Shown: positions 21,083 through 30,083 of the stretch, in pieces
Layout of the letters: every line of letters begins with the position of its first letter
Numbering within the stretch: the first letter of the stretch is position 1
Assembly: GCA_021852345.1 (NCBI GenBank)
Contig: JAJZNL010000055.1
Span: 29,070 to 93,069, forward strand
DNA length: 64,000 bases
Source of the DNA: Actinomycetes bacterium
GTDB taxonomy: Bacteria; Actinomycetota; Acidimicrobiia; Acidimicrobiales; JABEUL01
Direction of reading: 5' to 3'
Position numbers and translations under genes: made by a program
The notes under the pieces: generated by a model
Databases searched by the model: none
What the model was told of the DNA's origin: nothing
Seen by the model: only the letters and a program-made list of their open reading frames with translations

Positions 21083-22873
21083 CTAGTGCATTCCCATTGG
21101 CATAATGTTTTCAGGATCCGAATCTATCGGCGAATCGCCGGCAGTCGCTTTTTTGTCCGCGCTACCTGCGGCTACGTTGTGTCCGCCAATGCCAGAATAC
21201 TTTCTTAATTTAATCTCTTTAATAAACAGAGTTAAAACAAAAGTAATAATTGCAATAGGAATACCGACTACAAAGACTTTGTCCACAGAATGCGAAAAAG
21301 CTTGAATCAAGCCATGCCTAATAATAGGTGGCATGCCTTTTAATTGGTTCGGCGTAAAACTCAAAGTCTGAGAGGCATTAATTTTTGCCTTCTTTAAAAC
21401 GGCCGGTGGCAAATACTTAGGAAGCCAAACATTTAACTGACTAACCAAAACTGTTCCAAAGATAGCCGTACCGAAAGATCCTCCTAAGGATCTGAAGAAA
21501 CTCACAAGACCGGTCGAGGTTCCAATGTCTTTAATCTCAACTGCATTTTGAGTTGCCAATATCATATTCTGCATCATTAAACCAATTCCAAAACCAACAA
21601 GAATCATTCCGATGCTTAGTTCAAAATATGACGTCGAGTTTTTCAAAGTCGTAAAATACACCATGCCAGCAGTCAAAAATAGTCCGCCCACAATTGGAAA
21701 TATCTTATATTTTCCTCTTCTTGTTACTAGCTGGCCACTCCCAATTGACGCTATTAAAACTCCTACCATCAGCGGAATAAGTTCCAAACCTGATATGGTA
21801 GCAGAAGCTCCTTTAACGAGCTGAAGATAAAGGGGTAAAAATATTATGCTTCCAAACATAGCCATTGCCATCAAAAAGGTAATTGCCGACGAAAAGCTAA
21901 AGATTGAATTTTTGAACAATCTAAGTGGGACAAAAGGTTCAGAAACTTTAGTTTCGATATACAAAAATATCGCAAGTAACAGCAGACTTATAGCGATTGT
22001 TGTAATAATTTGAGACGATCCCCATGGATAGGTAATTCCTCCCCAAACCAAGGCCAGTAATAGAAGGACAACGCTTGCCGTTAAGACTGCCGCACCCATA
22101 TAATCTATCTTGTGATCTCTCCTGTGAAACGGTAGATCCAATACCGATGAGGTAACAATAAGGGCTACAATCCCAATTGGGACATTAACATAGAAAACCC
22201 ATCTCCATGAAAGATTATCTACGAAGAATCCTCCGATTAACGGACCGGCGACCGATGCAAAGCCAAAGACGGCTCCTGTATAACCCTGATATTTACCTCG
22301 TTCTCTTGGAGACACTATATCTGCTATTATGGTCATTGCCAAAGACATCAAACCGCCGCCGCCGAGACCTTGTAACCCCCTGAATGCGATAAGTTCATTC
22401 ATGTTTTGCGCAAGTCCCGACAACATGGAACCGACCAAAAAGATCACAATCGCTACCTGAAATATTAGTTTCCTACCGTACAAATCCGAAATTTTCCCAT
22501 ACAGTGGCGTCGAGACTGTCGAAGTTAACAGATAGGCGGTTACCACCCAACTGAGATGGTCAAGTCCTCCGAGGGAACCGACTATAGTCGGAAGTGCCGT
22601 TGATACAATAGTCTGATCCAAGGCCGCAAGTAGCATTCCCAACATCAAACCGCTGAACACTATTTGTATCTGCCTATGGCTCATATGTACTTTTGAAACA
22701 TCGTTAGGATCAATTTGAATCTGATCTTGTTCGTTGGAGACCACACGCCTGCCCGTTACCTCAGTGCTATCTGGTGCCTCAGTGCTATCTGGTACGAGTG
22801 TATCGTTTTGAATATCTGTCTCTGTAGACTTAGTGTCAGAGACATCGTCCCCTCGGACTTTTTTATTTGTCAT
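21083..22873 (-). CDS. DHA2 (EmrB/QacA) family MFS efflux transporter
   Basis: LDQTIVSTALP, GKISDLYGRK, FRGLQGLGGG, WRWVFYVNVPIG. Confidence 0.93.
   Translation of the reverse strand: MTNKKVRGDDVSDTKSTETDIQNDTLVPDSTEAPDSTEVTGRRVVSNEQDQIQIDPNDVSKVHMSHRQIQIVFSGLMLGMLLAALDQTIVSTALPTIVGSLGGLDHLSWVVTAYLLTSTVSTPLYGKISDLYGRKLIFQVAIVIFLVGSMLSGLAQNMNELIAFRGLQGLGGGGLMSLAMTIIADIVSPRERGKYQGYTGAVFGFASVAGPLIGGFFVDNLSWRWVFYVNVPIGIVALIVTSSVLDLPFHRRDHKIDYMGAAVLTASVVLLLLALVWGGITYPWGSSQIITTIAISLLLLAIFLYIETKVSEPFVPLRLFKNSIFSFSSAITFLMAMAMFGSIIFLPLYLQLVKGASATISGLELIPLMVGVLIASIGSGQLVTRRGKYKIFPIVGGLFLTAGMVYFTTLKNSTSYFELSIGMILVGFGIGLMMQNMILATQNAVEIKDIGTSTGLVSFFRSLGGSFGTAIFGTVLVSQLNVWLPKYLPPAVLKKAKINASQTLSFTPNQLKGMPPIIRHGLIQAFSHSVDKVFVVGIPIAIITFVLTLFIKEIKLRKYSGIGGHNVAAGSADKKATAGDSPIDSDPENIMPMGMH
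22759..22793. repeat. 18-bp-period in-frame tandem duplication
   Basis: CCTCAGTGCTATCTGGT at 22759-22775 and 22777-22793, encoding PDSTEA/PDSTEV in the transporter N-terminus. Confidence 0.85.
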
Positions 22874-22883
22874 TCCAGTTCTG

Positions 22884-23378
22884 TTACCTTTCCAAATGGT
22901 TTCCGCAATTATTTGCTAAAACCGCGACTAACTTATCCATTAATTCAAGCAAAGTTTTCTTATCGACTTCGGGCCAATCTTTCATTGCATCCGCAATGGT
23001 GGCTTTTCGCATCTTAGAAATTTCGGCCTTATACTTTTGTCCCGCTTTGGTAGTAACCAAAAGCGAAGCTCTCTTATCGTTATCGTCTCCTGTCTTGGAC
23101 AAAAACTTTAAATCCAAAAGTGTTTTAACTTGCCTTGATACCGTCGACACATCGACACCTAATCTGCTTGCGAGATCCGAAAGCCGAATTGGTTCATTTT
23201 CACCCACAAACACCAATATCCAATATGCCGACCGATCGATTTGATGATTATTGACCGGTCTGTTCAGATTAGTAGTCATTTTCAGGCAAGATCTTCCAAG
23301 ACTACTTAGGACCTTTTCAATCGAATCCAAGAGCTCTCCAGAATCTTTATTGTCCATACCCGTATTTACCTGTGACAT
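22884..23378 (-). CDS. MarR family transcriptional regulator
   Basis: RLSDLASRLGVDVSTVSRQVKTL HTH, DKRAS wing motif; upstream of the DHA2 pump. Confidence 0.92.
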   Translation of the reverse strand: MSQVNTGMDNKDSGELLDSIEKVLSSLGRSCLKMTTNLNRPVNNHQIDRSAYWILVFVGENEPIRLSDLASRLGVDVSTVSRQVKTLLDLKFLSKTGDDNDKRASLLVTTKAGQKYKAEISKMRKATIADAMKDWPEVDKKTLLELMDKLVAVLANNCGNHLER

Positions 23379-23467
23379 TTATCATCGGCATGATTTGAGA
23401 CGACCATTTTTGAAGCGACCATTGCTAAACACCAAATTTATTTGCTTTTAATAATCTATTATAGCAT

Positions 23468-23492
23468 ATAGTTGCTTGTATCATACAACTAT
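23468..23492. promoter_or_regulatory. Candidate MarR operator (inverted repeat)
   Basis: ATAGTTG-N11-CAACTAT in the divergent promoter region upstream of marR. Confidence 0.5.
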
Positions 23493-23624
23493 TTTGTAGA
23501 TTAGAAATACTGCCTGTTGTCGACATCTAACTCAAAAATATATAGATACCTTTGGTTCGTCGGTCGTCATTTATACAAACCAAGATTTGTCTTTAATGCT
23601 GTGTATTGTGATACCCTTTATATT

Positions 23625-24683
23625 GTGAATCAAATCGGACTTTTAGGGGGAACCGGATATACCGGACGTTTGGTAGTAAAAGAACTTTTAGCTCAGAAGA
23701 TTCCTTTTGCCGTAGGAATTAGAAACGAATCAAAATTATATGAAGTTCTTGACGAATCGTCGCTAAATGAACTTAAGTCAAATCCGGATGAATACCAAGT
23801 AGTTAGCGTAGACGTTACCGATGAGGATTCTCTAAAAAGATTTTACGAAAAAATCGATACCGTAATTTCGACGGTGGGTCCGTTTTGCAAATTAGGCAAA
23901 TTGCCAGTCGTGGTAGCTAACGAAACCAAAACCAACTACATAGATTCAACCGGTGAGCCCGAATTTATGAAATGGATATATAACAATTTTAACCCTGAAC
24001 AAAATTTTATAGTTCCTGCATGCGGTTTTGATTATCTTCCCGGAGATCTGATCAGTAATAAATGCCTGTCAGATTTAGATGAAAACGAACATGCAAGCAT
24101 TGAGATAACTTATGTCATTTCTCATTGGATACCGACCAGAGGAACTGCAGAAAGTGCCATTATGGCCTTTGTCAATTCGGATGACCCAGGCAAAATTGAC
24201 GAAATCAGCTTTTTGGATAAGAATCTTTCACGGCTGAAGATCCCGTGGGGTGAAAAGACAACTGTAGGACTTCATCACCCAAATGCCGATGTTTCATGTT
24301 ATGTAAGCGTTAACAAAATGGTGGGAGAGGTCCTTAAATTCATGACTCCTTTGACAAGATTGGCTATTCCGCTGCTTGAAAAATCTACAAAGTTTTTACC
24401 TGAAGGACCTAATGCGGATCGCAGAAGAAAAGCAACATACGATATATACGTCAAAGCTACTGCAGGTTCAAATTCGTCCTACGGAATTTTTAACGGAATA
24501 GACATATATGGGACCACGGCAATTATGTTAATTTTGTCGGCTCAAAATGCAAGCGGAATCGGAACGATGGCTCCAAGTCAAGCATTTGACACACTGACTA
24601 TGCTCAAAGATATTTCAAATTTTGAAGTCAAATCAGATGACTTAAAAGGAGCCACCTGTAACTACAGCTTTGTTAAACCATAG
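23625..24683 (+). CDS. Saccharopine dehydrogenase-like NAD(P)-binding oxidoreductase
   Basis: GGTGYTG Rossmann motif, STVGPF, YIDSTGE, PACGFDYLPGD; start moved to GTG 23625, 7 nt after TGnTACCCT. Confidence 0.85.
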   Translation: MNQIGLLGGTGYTGRLVVKELLAQKIPFAVGIRNESKLYEVLDESSLNELKSNPDEYQVVSVDVTDEDSLKRFYEKIDTVISTVGPFCKLGKLPVVVANETKTNYIDSTGEPEFMKWIYNNFNPEQNFIVPACGFDYLPGDLISNKCLSDLDENEHASIEITYVISHWIPTRGTAESAIMAFVNSDDPGKIDEISFLDKNLSRLKIPWGEKTTVGLHHPNADVSCYVSVNKMVGEVLKFMTPLTRLAIPLLEKSTKFLPEGPNADRRRKATYDIYVKATAGSNSSYGIFNGIDIYGTTAIMLILSAQNASGIGTMAPSQAFDTLTMLKDISNFEVKSDDLKGATCNYSFVKP

Positions 24684-24742
24684 CAAAAGTGCGATTTTAA
24701 AATATCAAAACAACCGATTTCGATTTTAAAAAATAAACAACT

Positions 24743-24763
24743 TAAACTTTAATAGTTAAAGTT
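24743..24763. terminator. AT-rich hairpin between convergent genes
   Basis: AAACTTTAA-TAG-TTAAAGTTT. Confidence 0.35.
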
Positions 24764-24798
24764 TGATTAACAGTCACGAAACTTAAATCAGTGCGACA

Positions 24799-25911
24799 TC
24801 AAACCTTCGTGGCTGTGAAGTTTGTTAAATAAAAATAATCCTGACTGCTGCCGTTTACAGTTTGTTTAACAGTTGATACTGTTGCACTGACAGAATAGAT
24901 TCCACCAGCTAAACCTAATTCAGCCTGCATATTCATGGAACTCACATTGCTTCCCGTGCCTGCAATCGTAACTATCATTGCCTTATAGTATCCCGAAACA
25001 GAGTCCCCGTTAAACTGCGAGGGATAGGCCACGTTTTTCGAAAAATCGGCAAACCAACTGGAATTTGAATACTTTAGAGAATCAATAATTCCAAACCAAA
25101 TTTCCAGGGCGCTAGCTTCATAATTCATTGGAGCATTTGTTTGCAAAAAAGTCGGATTTAAATTTCCGCTAGTTAGCATCTCGCCCATCGGTTGAGTATT
25201 GTTAGTCAAGCTCAAGCCCAAATTTGACAGAGCTGGCGGTATGTTCACGTTCGGAGCTGGCGGAAAGTTTGGGATTACCAACTGTTTTAAACTTGGTTGC
25301 GTTTTGACAACCTGAGTATCCACCAGCAGCCTTGTGTTAGTATAAGCCAGAGTATTAACTGGCCAACATGTTTCTAAGATTGTTCCGTTGTAAGGCAGGT
25401 CATAAACGGTCGTACTGGTAGTAACTACCTGTGAGGTAGTTACCTTTAGTACCGTTTCTGTTTGACAGGGCACGTAATAGTCAACTTCCGCTCCAGCCTT
25501 AAGTTGATTTAAATCCCAAAATTGCGCAACGTCGTGTGCACTCAATTCAGAAGTTCCAGGCTGATTAGGCCAAGCTGTAGATACATTGTGCCCTACCGCA
25601 ACGGCAATGACGCTATCGGAAACGCCGTCTGTAACCGGTGCAATCATCGACAATGAAGGAATTTCCAAAACTCCAACCAACGGTAAATTGCTGTTTGGAA
25701 TGGTGGGTGCGCTACAGCTAGGTGGTTTAGTTACAGTTGTAGTTACTTTAACAGCCACTTTTTTAATGGGTGCAGACCCACCGCCTCCTGTTATCATCGT
25801 TCCGATCAAAATACCGACAACCAACAACAGTACACCAAAAATAGCAAAATACAATATTGTCTTGTTGGTTATCTTATTCTTTGAACTTGTTTGATTTGGT
25901 GAATCGACCAT
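24799..25911 (-). CDS. Sortase-like protein with N-terminal TM anchor and C-terminal extension
   Basis: LEIPSL..PV..G, P...G...LSAHD (catalytic His), LETCWP (catalytic Cys), downstream Arg (TRLLV). Confidence 0.75.
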   Translation of the reverse strand: MVDSPNQTSSKNKITNKTILYFAIFGVLLLVVGILIGTMITGGGGSAPIKKVAVKVTTTVTKPPSCSAPTIPNSNLPLVGVLEIPSLSMIAPVTDGVSDSVIAVAVGHNVSTAWPNQPGTSELSAHDVAQFWDLNQLKAGAEVDYYVPCQTETVLKVTTSQVVTTSTTVYDLPYNGTILETCWPVNTLAYTNTRLLVDTQVVKTQPSLKQLVIPNFPPAPNVNIPPALSNLGLSLTNNTQPMGEMLTSGNLNPTFLQTNAPMNYEASALEIWFGIIDSLKYSNSSWFADFSKNVAYPSQFNGDSVSGYYKAMIVTIAGTGSNVSSMNMQAELGLAGGIYSVSATVSTVKQTVNGSSQDYFYLTNFTATKV

Positions 25912-26103
25912 TAATATAAATTTTAGTATGATCAGGGGAGCTAAATTAACTCACTTTGACAATGAAAATCGCCCGCTTAAAGTCTCATCTACGTTTTTAG
26001 CCGTTAGTTGGCTGCTTTAAAAGTTTACTTTTTATCTGCTAGATAGACAATACCTGATGGCTAATTCCGCTGCAAGTCAAATTCAAGTTTCGCTAAGCCA
26101 ACT

Positions 26104-26766
26104 TTAGGACCAACTAAGCGGCACGCAATTTTGCGGCTTGTGGCCTATGAGCTCAATCAATTCAAGTTCCGAAACTGGATAGCCTCCCCAAGCATCTACT
26201 CCAACGTTAATCATCTTATCCATTACTCTCCACTTCTCGTGAACATGGCCGTGCAAGAGCCATAATCCTGCATCTACAGGTCTACACTCAACGAAACGTT
26301 CTTCATCTCTGCTGTCTCCGCGATAGGGGAAATGATCTACAAGAACTTTGACCCCAGCTAAATCGAATTCAAAGGATCCTTCAATTATGTTTAAACCAAC
26401 ATCTTCGTATCTTTCCATCCAGTTCGTTGAAGTGTCACGATGTTTTTTCTTCAAGTTGCCCCTCCAACATCTGTCATGATTACCTGGCACTAAAACTTTT
26501 TTGCCGTGTAATTCGGTAACCAAATTGAGTGTTTGGTCAATTTTACCCATTGCAATGTCACCCAAAACGTAGACCTCATCCACTGGAGCTACCTTGTGGT
26601 TCCATCGCCGAATTAAATCTTCATTCATTTCATCCACATTTTCATATGGGCGACCTGCATATAAACATATATTTGTATGTCCGAAATGTAAATCCGCTGT
26701 AAACCACCTCATAGCTGGCTCGCCAGAACCAAAACGAATATTCTGTGTCTCATTACCATTCCTCAA
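26104..26766 (-). CDS. Calcineurin-like metallophosphoesterase (start probably at MRWFT)
   Basis: ADLHFGH, LGD, GNHD, HGHVH. Confidence 0.9.
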   Translation of the reverse strand: MRNGNETQNIRFGSGEPAMRWFTADLHFGHTNICLYAGRPYENVDEMNEDLIRRWNHKVAPVDEVYVLGDIAMGKIDQTLNLVTELHGKKVLVPGNHDRCWRGNLKKKHRDTSTNWMERYEDVGLNIIEGSFEFDLAGVKVLVDHFPYRGDSRDEERFVECRPVDAGLWLLHGHVHEKWRVMDKMINVGVDAWGGYPVSELELIELIGHKPQNCVPLSWS

Positions 26767-27060
26767 TATTACAATTTAAAACGATCGCATTAAATGACAA
26801 CTACCACCTATTTTATGTAGATTTGTCATAAATGCTCGGTTGCTTTAAAGTCTACCTGCAAATAGATAACCCGAACTTTCAATCAACAACTGAATAGATC
26901 GGTACTGGTCAAATAGGACCTAATTGCTTGGAAGCGAAATTAATGTCGGAACCTTAATTTATTAACTGAACCTTCAGCCCAACGGATTAATTAGCTCGCT
27001 TAAATATTTAATTTAAGTTGTGAGCAAATTTAACACGTGACCGTTTGCTAAGGTAAAGCT

Positions 27061-28098
27061 ATGGTTACAAAACGAATTAACAATCAAAACTCCACACCAG
27101 TTTCAAAAACAACCACCGTCGCCCGTCCTTCAACTGGATTAGGCACAGGTCGACAGCAAAATAAAGCGGTTACAAAAACAACTCCAAAACGAGTTACCCA
27201 AACTACATCAAAAAGCACCGGGATACAAAAGACCGTCGCTAAAAATCAACTTACTAGAGCAAGTAAAGCCACGGTTAGTAAAACCACTACAAGTAAAGCT
27301 GTTGCACCGAGAAAAGCTGCGACAAAGAGTTTACCGAGCAAGACTCAACTGCCAAGTTCATTGGCAACACTCACCTTTGACATTGGAGGAACGGGCCTTA
27401 AGGCATCGTTGGTCTCCGATACCGGCAAACTCTTACACGAGAGACTCAGGGTACCTACACCATACCCGTGCTATCCTGAAACACTGGTGGAAAATCTCAT
27501 AAAGCTATCGACGCAACTCCCCAAAGCAGACAGGGTAGCCGTAGGGTTTCCCGGAATGGTACGAAATGGCATAGTGCTCACCGCACCAAATCTTTCGCTT
27601 CCCAAAGGCCCGGGCAAGTCAAAAAAACCATCTAAAAAAATAGCTGATATGTACAGCGGCTTTAATCTCAAACAACAATTGGAAAAAAGTCTCAGCCTTG
27701 AAGTCCACGTCGTAAACGATGCGGACTTAGCAGGCGCCGGCGCAATCAAAGGGCGCGGGCTAGAAATTGTGGCTACTCTCGGCACCGGTTTTGGAACGGG
27801 GATGTTCTTTAATGGTAAATTACTGCCTCACATGGAAATAGCCCATTTGAATTTTAAAAACAATAAGTCATTTGATGAAATAATTGGCGATGCGGCCCGC
27901 AAATCTATGAAAATTAACAAGTGGTCAAAATTAGTTTTGGAGGCATTGGATATTCTCTATAGCCTGACACACTACGACCATTTGTATTTAGGAGGAGGAA
28001 ATGCTTCAAGAATCAGCGTTAAACTTCCGTCAAACACAACGATTATCACAAATTTAGCAGCGATTAAAGGCGGGCCTAAGCTGTTTGAAGCAATATAA
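27061..28098 (+). CDS. ROK family kinase / polyphosphate glucokinase-like with K/T/S-rich N-terminal tail
   Basis: DIGGTGLKA, VGFPG, NDADLAG, TLGTGFG, LYLGGGN. Confidence 0.85.
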   Translation: MVTKRINNQNSTPVSKTTTVARPSTGLGTGRQQNKAVTKTTPKRVTQTTSKSTGIQKTVAKNQLTRASKATVSKTTTSKAVAPRKAATKSLPSKTQLPSSLATLTFDIGGTGLKASLVSDTGKLLHERLRVPTPYPCYPETLVENLIKLSTQLPKADRVAVGFPGMVRNGIVLTAPNLSLPKGPGKSKKPSKKIADMYSGFNLKQQLEKSLSLEVHVVNDADLAGAGAIKGRGLEIVATLGTGFGTGMFFNGKLLPHMEIAHLNFKNNKSFDEIIGDAARKSMKINKWSKLVLEALDILYSLTHYDHLYLGGGNASRISVKLPSNTTIITNLAAIKGGPKLFEAI

Positions 28099-28297
28099 AG
28101 CCGTAATTTAATTAGCGGAATCTTGAGCTCAATGACTGATTGCAAGAAGTCCGTAATAAACTATGATATTAACAAACTATTACGATCCCCGTTTTTAATT
28201 AACTTTAAAGTAAAGCGGTTTTAGGATATAAGCAATATATATAGGTTGATAAACATTTAAAATGTTGTCAGATTAATTTTTTTAGGTAGTTAACTTT

Positions 28298-28711
28298 ATG
28301 AAATCAGACTTATTGGAAGCACGAAACACGCTTAATCAAGTTTCGGTTGCAGACAAGTGCGCCTGTAAATTATTGGCAATTAAATCCATTAAAAAACAAT
28401 CCAGACAAGAGGAAGACAAAGCCCAAAGAATATTTTCAATATCAATCGTTATCTCGGGCCTGAGGTGTCTGCTCAGCTATATAATATTTCCCTTTATCCT
28501 TCCGTTCATCGGAATTGCTGGTAACTTTACTCCATACGTGGGACTAATTATCGGTATTGTTGCATTGGTGTTTGATGTAATAGGGATCAGACGATTCTTT
28601 ATCGCTCAACACAGATTGAGATGGATGATCTCGGTAATTTATGTAGGCGTAATGACTTTGGTATGTATTCTTATTGGAATAGACCTGTCCAATATCTTGT
28701 CCAAATTATAA
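28298..28711 (+). CDS. Hypothetical membrane protein (about 3 TM)
   Basis: Hydrophobic helices; FSISIVISGLRCLLSY..P motif. Confidence 0.75.
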   Translation: MKSDLLEARNTLNQVSVADKCACKLLAIKSIKKQSRQEEDKAQRIFSISIVISGLRCLLSYIIFPFILPFIGIAGNFTPYVGLIIGIVALVFDVIGIRRFFIAQHRLRWMISVIYVGVMTLVCILIGIDLSNILSKL

Positions 28712-28845
28712 CTTTACATTAGTTATGCTGTAATTACCGTTACATCAACTGAGCATTTCACCGTATTCAGGTTTATCTCAAATTGGATTACCTGGCAAAT
28801 ATAGATAGCGAACGACCAAATCCACAGTTGACTAAAATATCTTAG

Positions 28846-29487
28846 ATGAATGACGAATCTCCAAAAGTAATCGATTTCTTCTTTGACCCGGTATGCCCAT
28901 GGGCCTGGATAACTTCAAGATGGGCAGTGAATCTGACTGACCTTATCGACCTAAGCATAAACTGGAAATATGTATCTCTAAAATTACTCAACGAAGTCAG
29001 AACCGATGAGGATTACACCGACGATTACAAAAGGATACACAAACTTGGGCTGGAACTTCATAGAATAATTGAAGCATATTCACAAAAAGAGGGACCAGAA
29101 ATGCGCGGTACGCTTTATTCCGTTTTCGGCTTTAAAATTCATAACATGTCGCAAAGAACCGAACTTTTTTCTATTGACAATATTAAATCCTTGCTTAAAG
29201 ACAACAAACTTGACCCCAATTTTGCCGAATTCGCTAATGACACGACCCTGGATGAAACAATTATTAAAGAAACTAACCTAGCGATTCAAAGGGCAGGACA
29301 AAATTTGGGGACTCCGATAATATCGTTTAACCCGCCAAACGGATATTCATTTTTCGGACCCGTGATAAGCAACATTCCCAAAGGACAAGACGCCGTAAAT
29401 CTTTTTAACGCTGTGTATACCATAGCTACAATAACTGGATTCTCCGAACTCAAACGAGAGATAAGAGAAGAGCGAAATTTTGATTAA
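28846..29487 (+). CDS. DsbA-like Rv2466c family thiol oxidoreductase
   Basis: FFFDPVCPWAWITSRW, GTPII, FFGPVIS, GFSELKR. Confidence 0.88.
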   Translation: MNDESPKVIDFFFDPVCPWAWITSRWAVNLTDLIDLSINWKYVSLKLLNEVRTDEDYTDDYKRIHKLGLELHRIIEAYSQKEGPEMRGTLYSVFGFKIHNMSQRTELFSIDNIKSLLKDNKLDPNFAEFANDTTLDETIIKETNLAIQRAGQNLGTPIISFNPPNGYSFFGPVISNIPKGQDAVNLFNAVYTIATITGFSELKREIREERNFD

Positions 29488-29776
29488 CGAAAGAGCTTAA
29501 TTGCCAATTGCCAATAGGCGATAAGCCAAATAATTTATTCAACAATCCCTAGATTCTCCTTTGTAATTCAATAAATTAAAAACCATTTATGGCAAGTTCC
29601 AGTTAATCGACCTGAGATATCTATGATAAATTTATCATCATATAATCAATCGTGTCATAATGTTAGTTATTCCTAGTTACAATAAATAACATTAAACACG
29701 TAGATATTACGCCACCTGCACTTGAAGCTATATGAATAAAGTCAACTAGAGCAGATTAAACGTTGGTACTCCAAAC

Positions 29777-30018
29777 ATAAATGTGGGTAAACGTTAGGGA
29801 TAACGGATCATATTTAATGCATTTGATACAGGCGTTGTCTGATGGGCGTTACCTCAATGGGCACGATGCCTGCCCTTTTGATTGCTTAAAACAAGATGCG
29901 GCAAGAGGAATGCAAATTGCAAACTTGACCGATTAGCGTTAGAACCCTTGTCCCACAAGGGAATAGCTGCATCTGGGCAATGGCTTCCATTTACTTGTAC
30001 GCAAGTACCCACATTTAT
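29777..30018 (+). ncRNA. Candidate structured non-coding RNA of unknown class
   Basis: 13-bp perfect closing stem enclosing at least five nested helices, GNRA and UACG tetraloops, and G-U pairs that work only on the + strand. Confidence 0.5.
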
Positions 30019-30083
30019 CCCTGAAGATCCTCATTTATCTAACCGACGTAAGTATACCTCTTCGTACACAACAGCTAAGTCCG

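Noticed and set aside
23517..23624. N-terminal extension of the oxidoreductase ORF
   Set aside because: The Rossmann motif begins right after GTG 23625, which has its own -10 element
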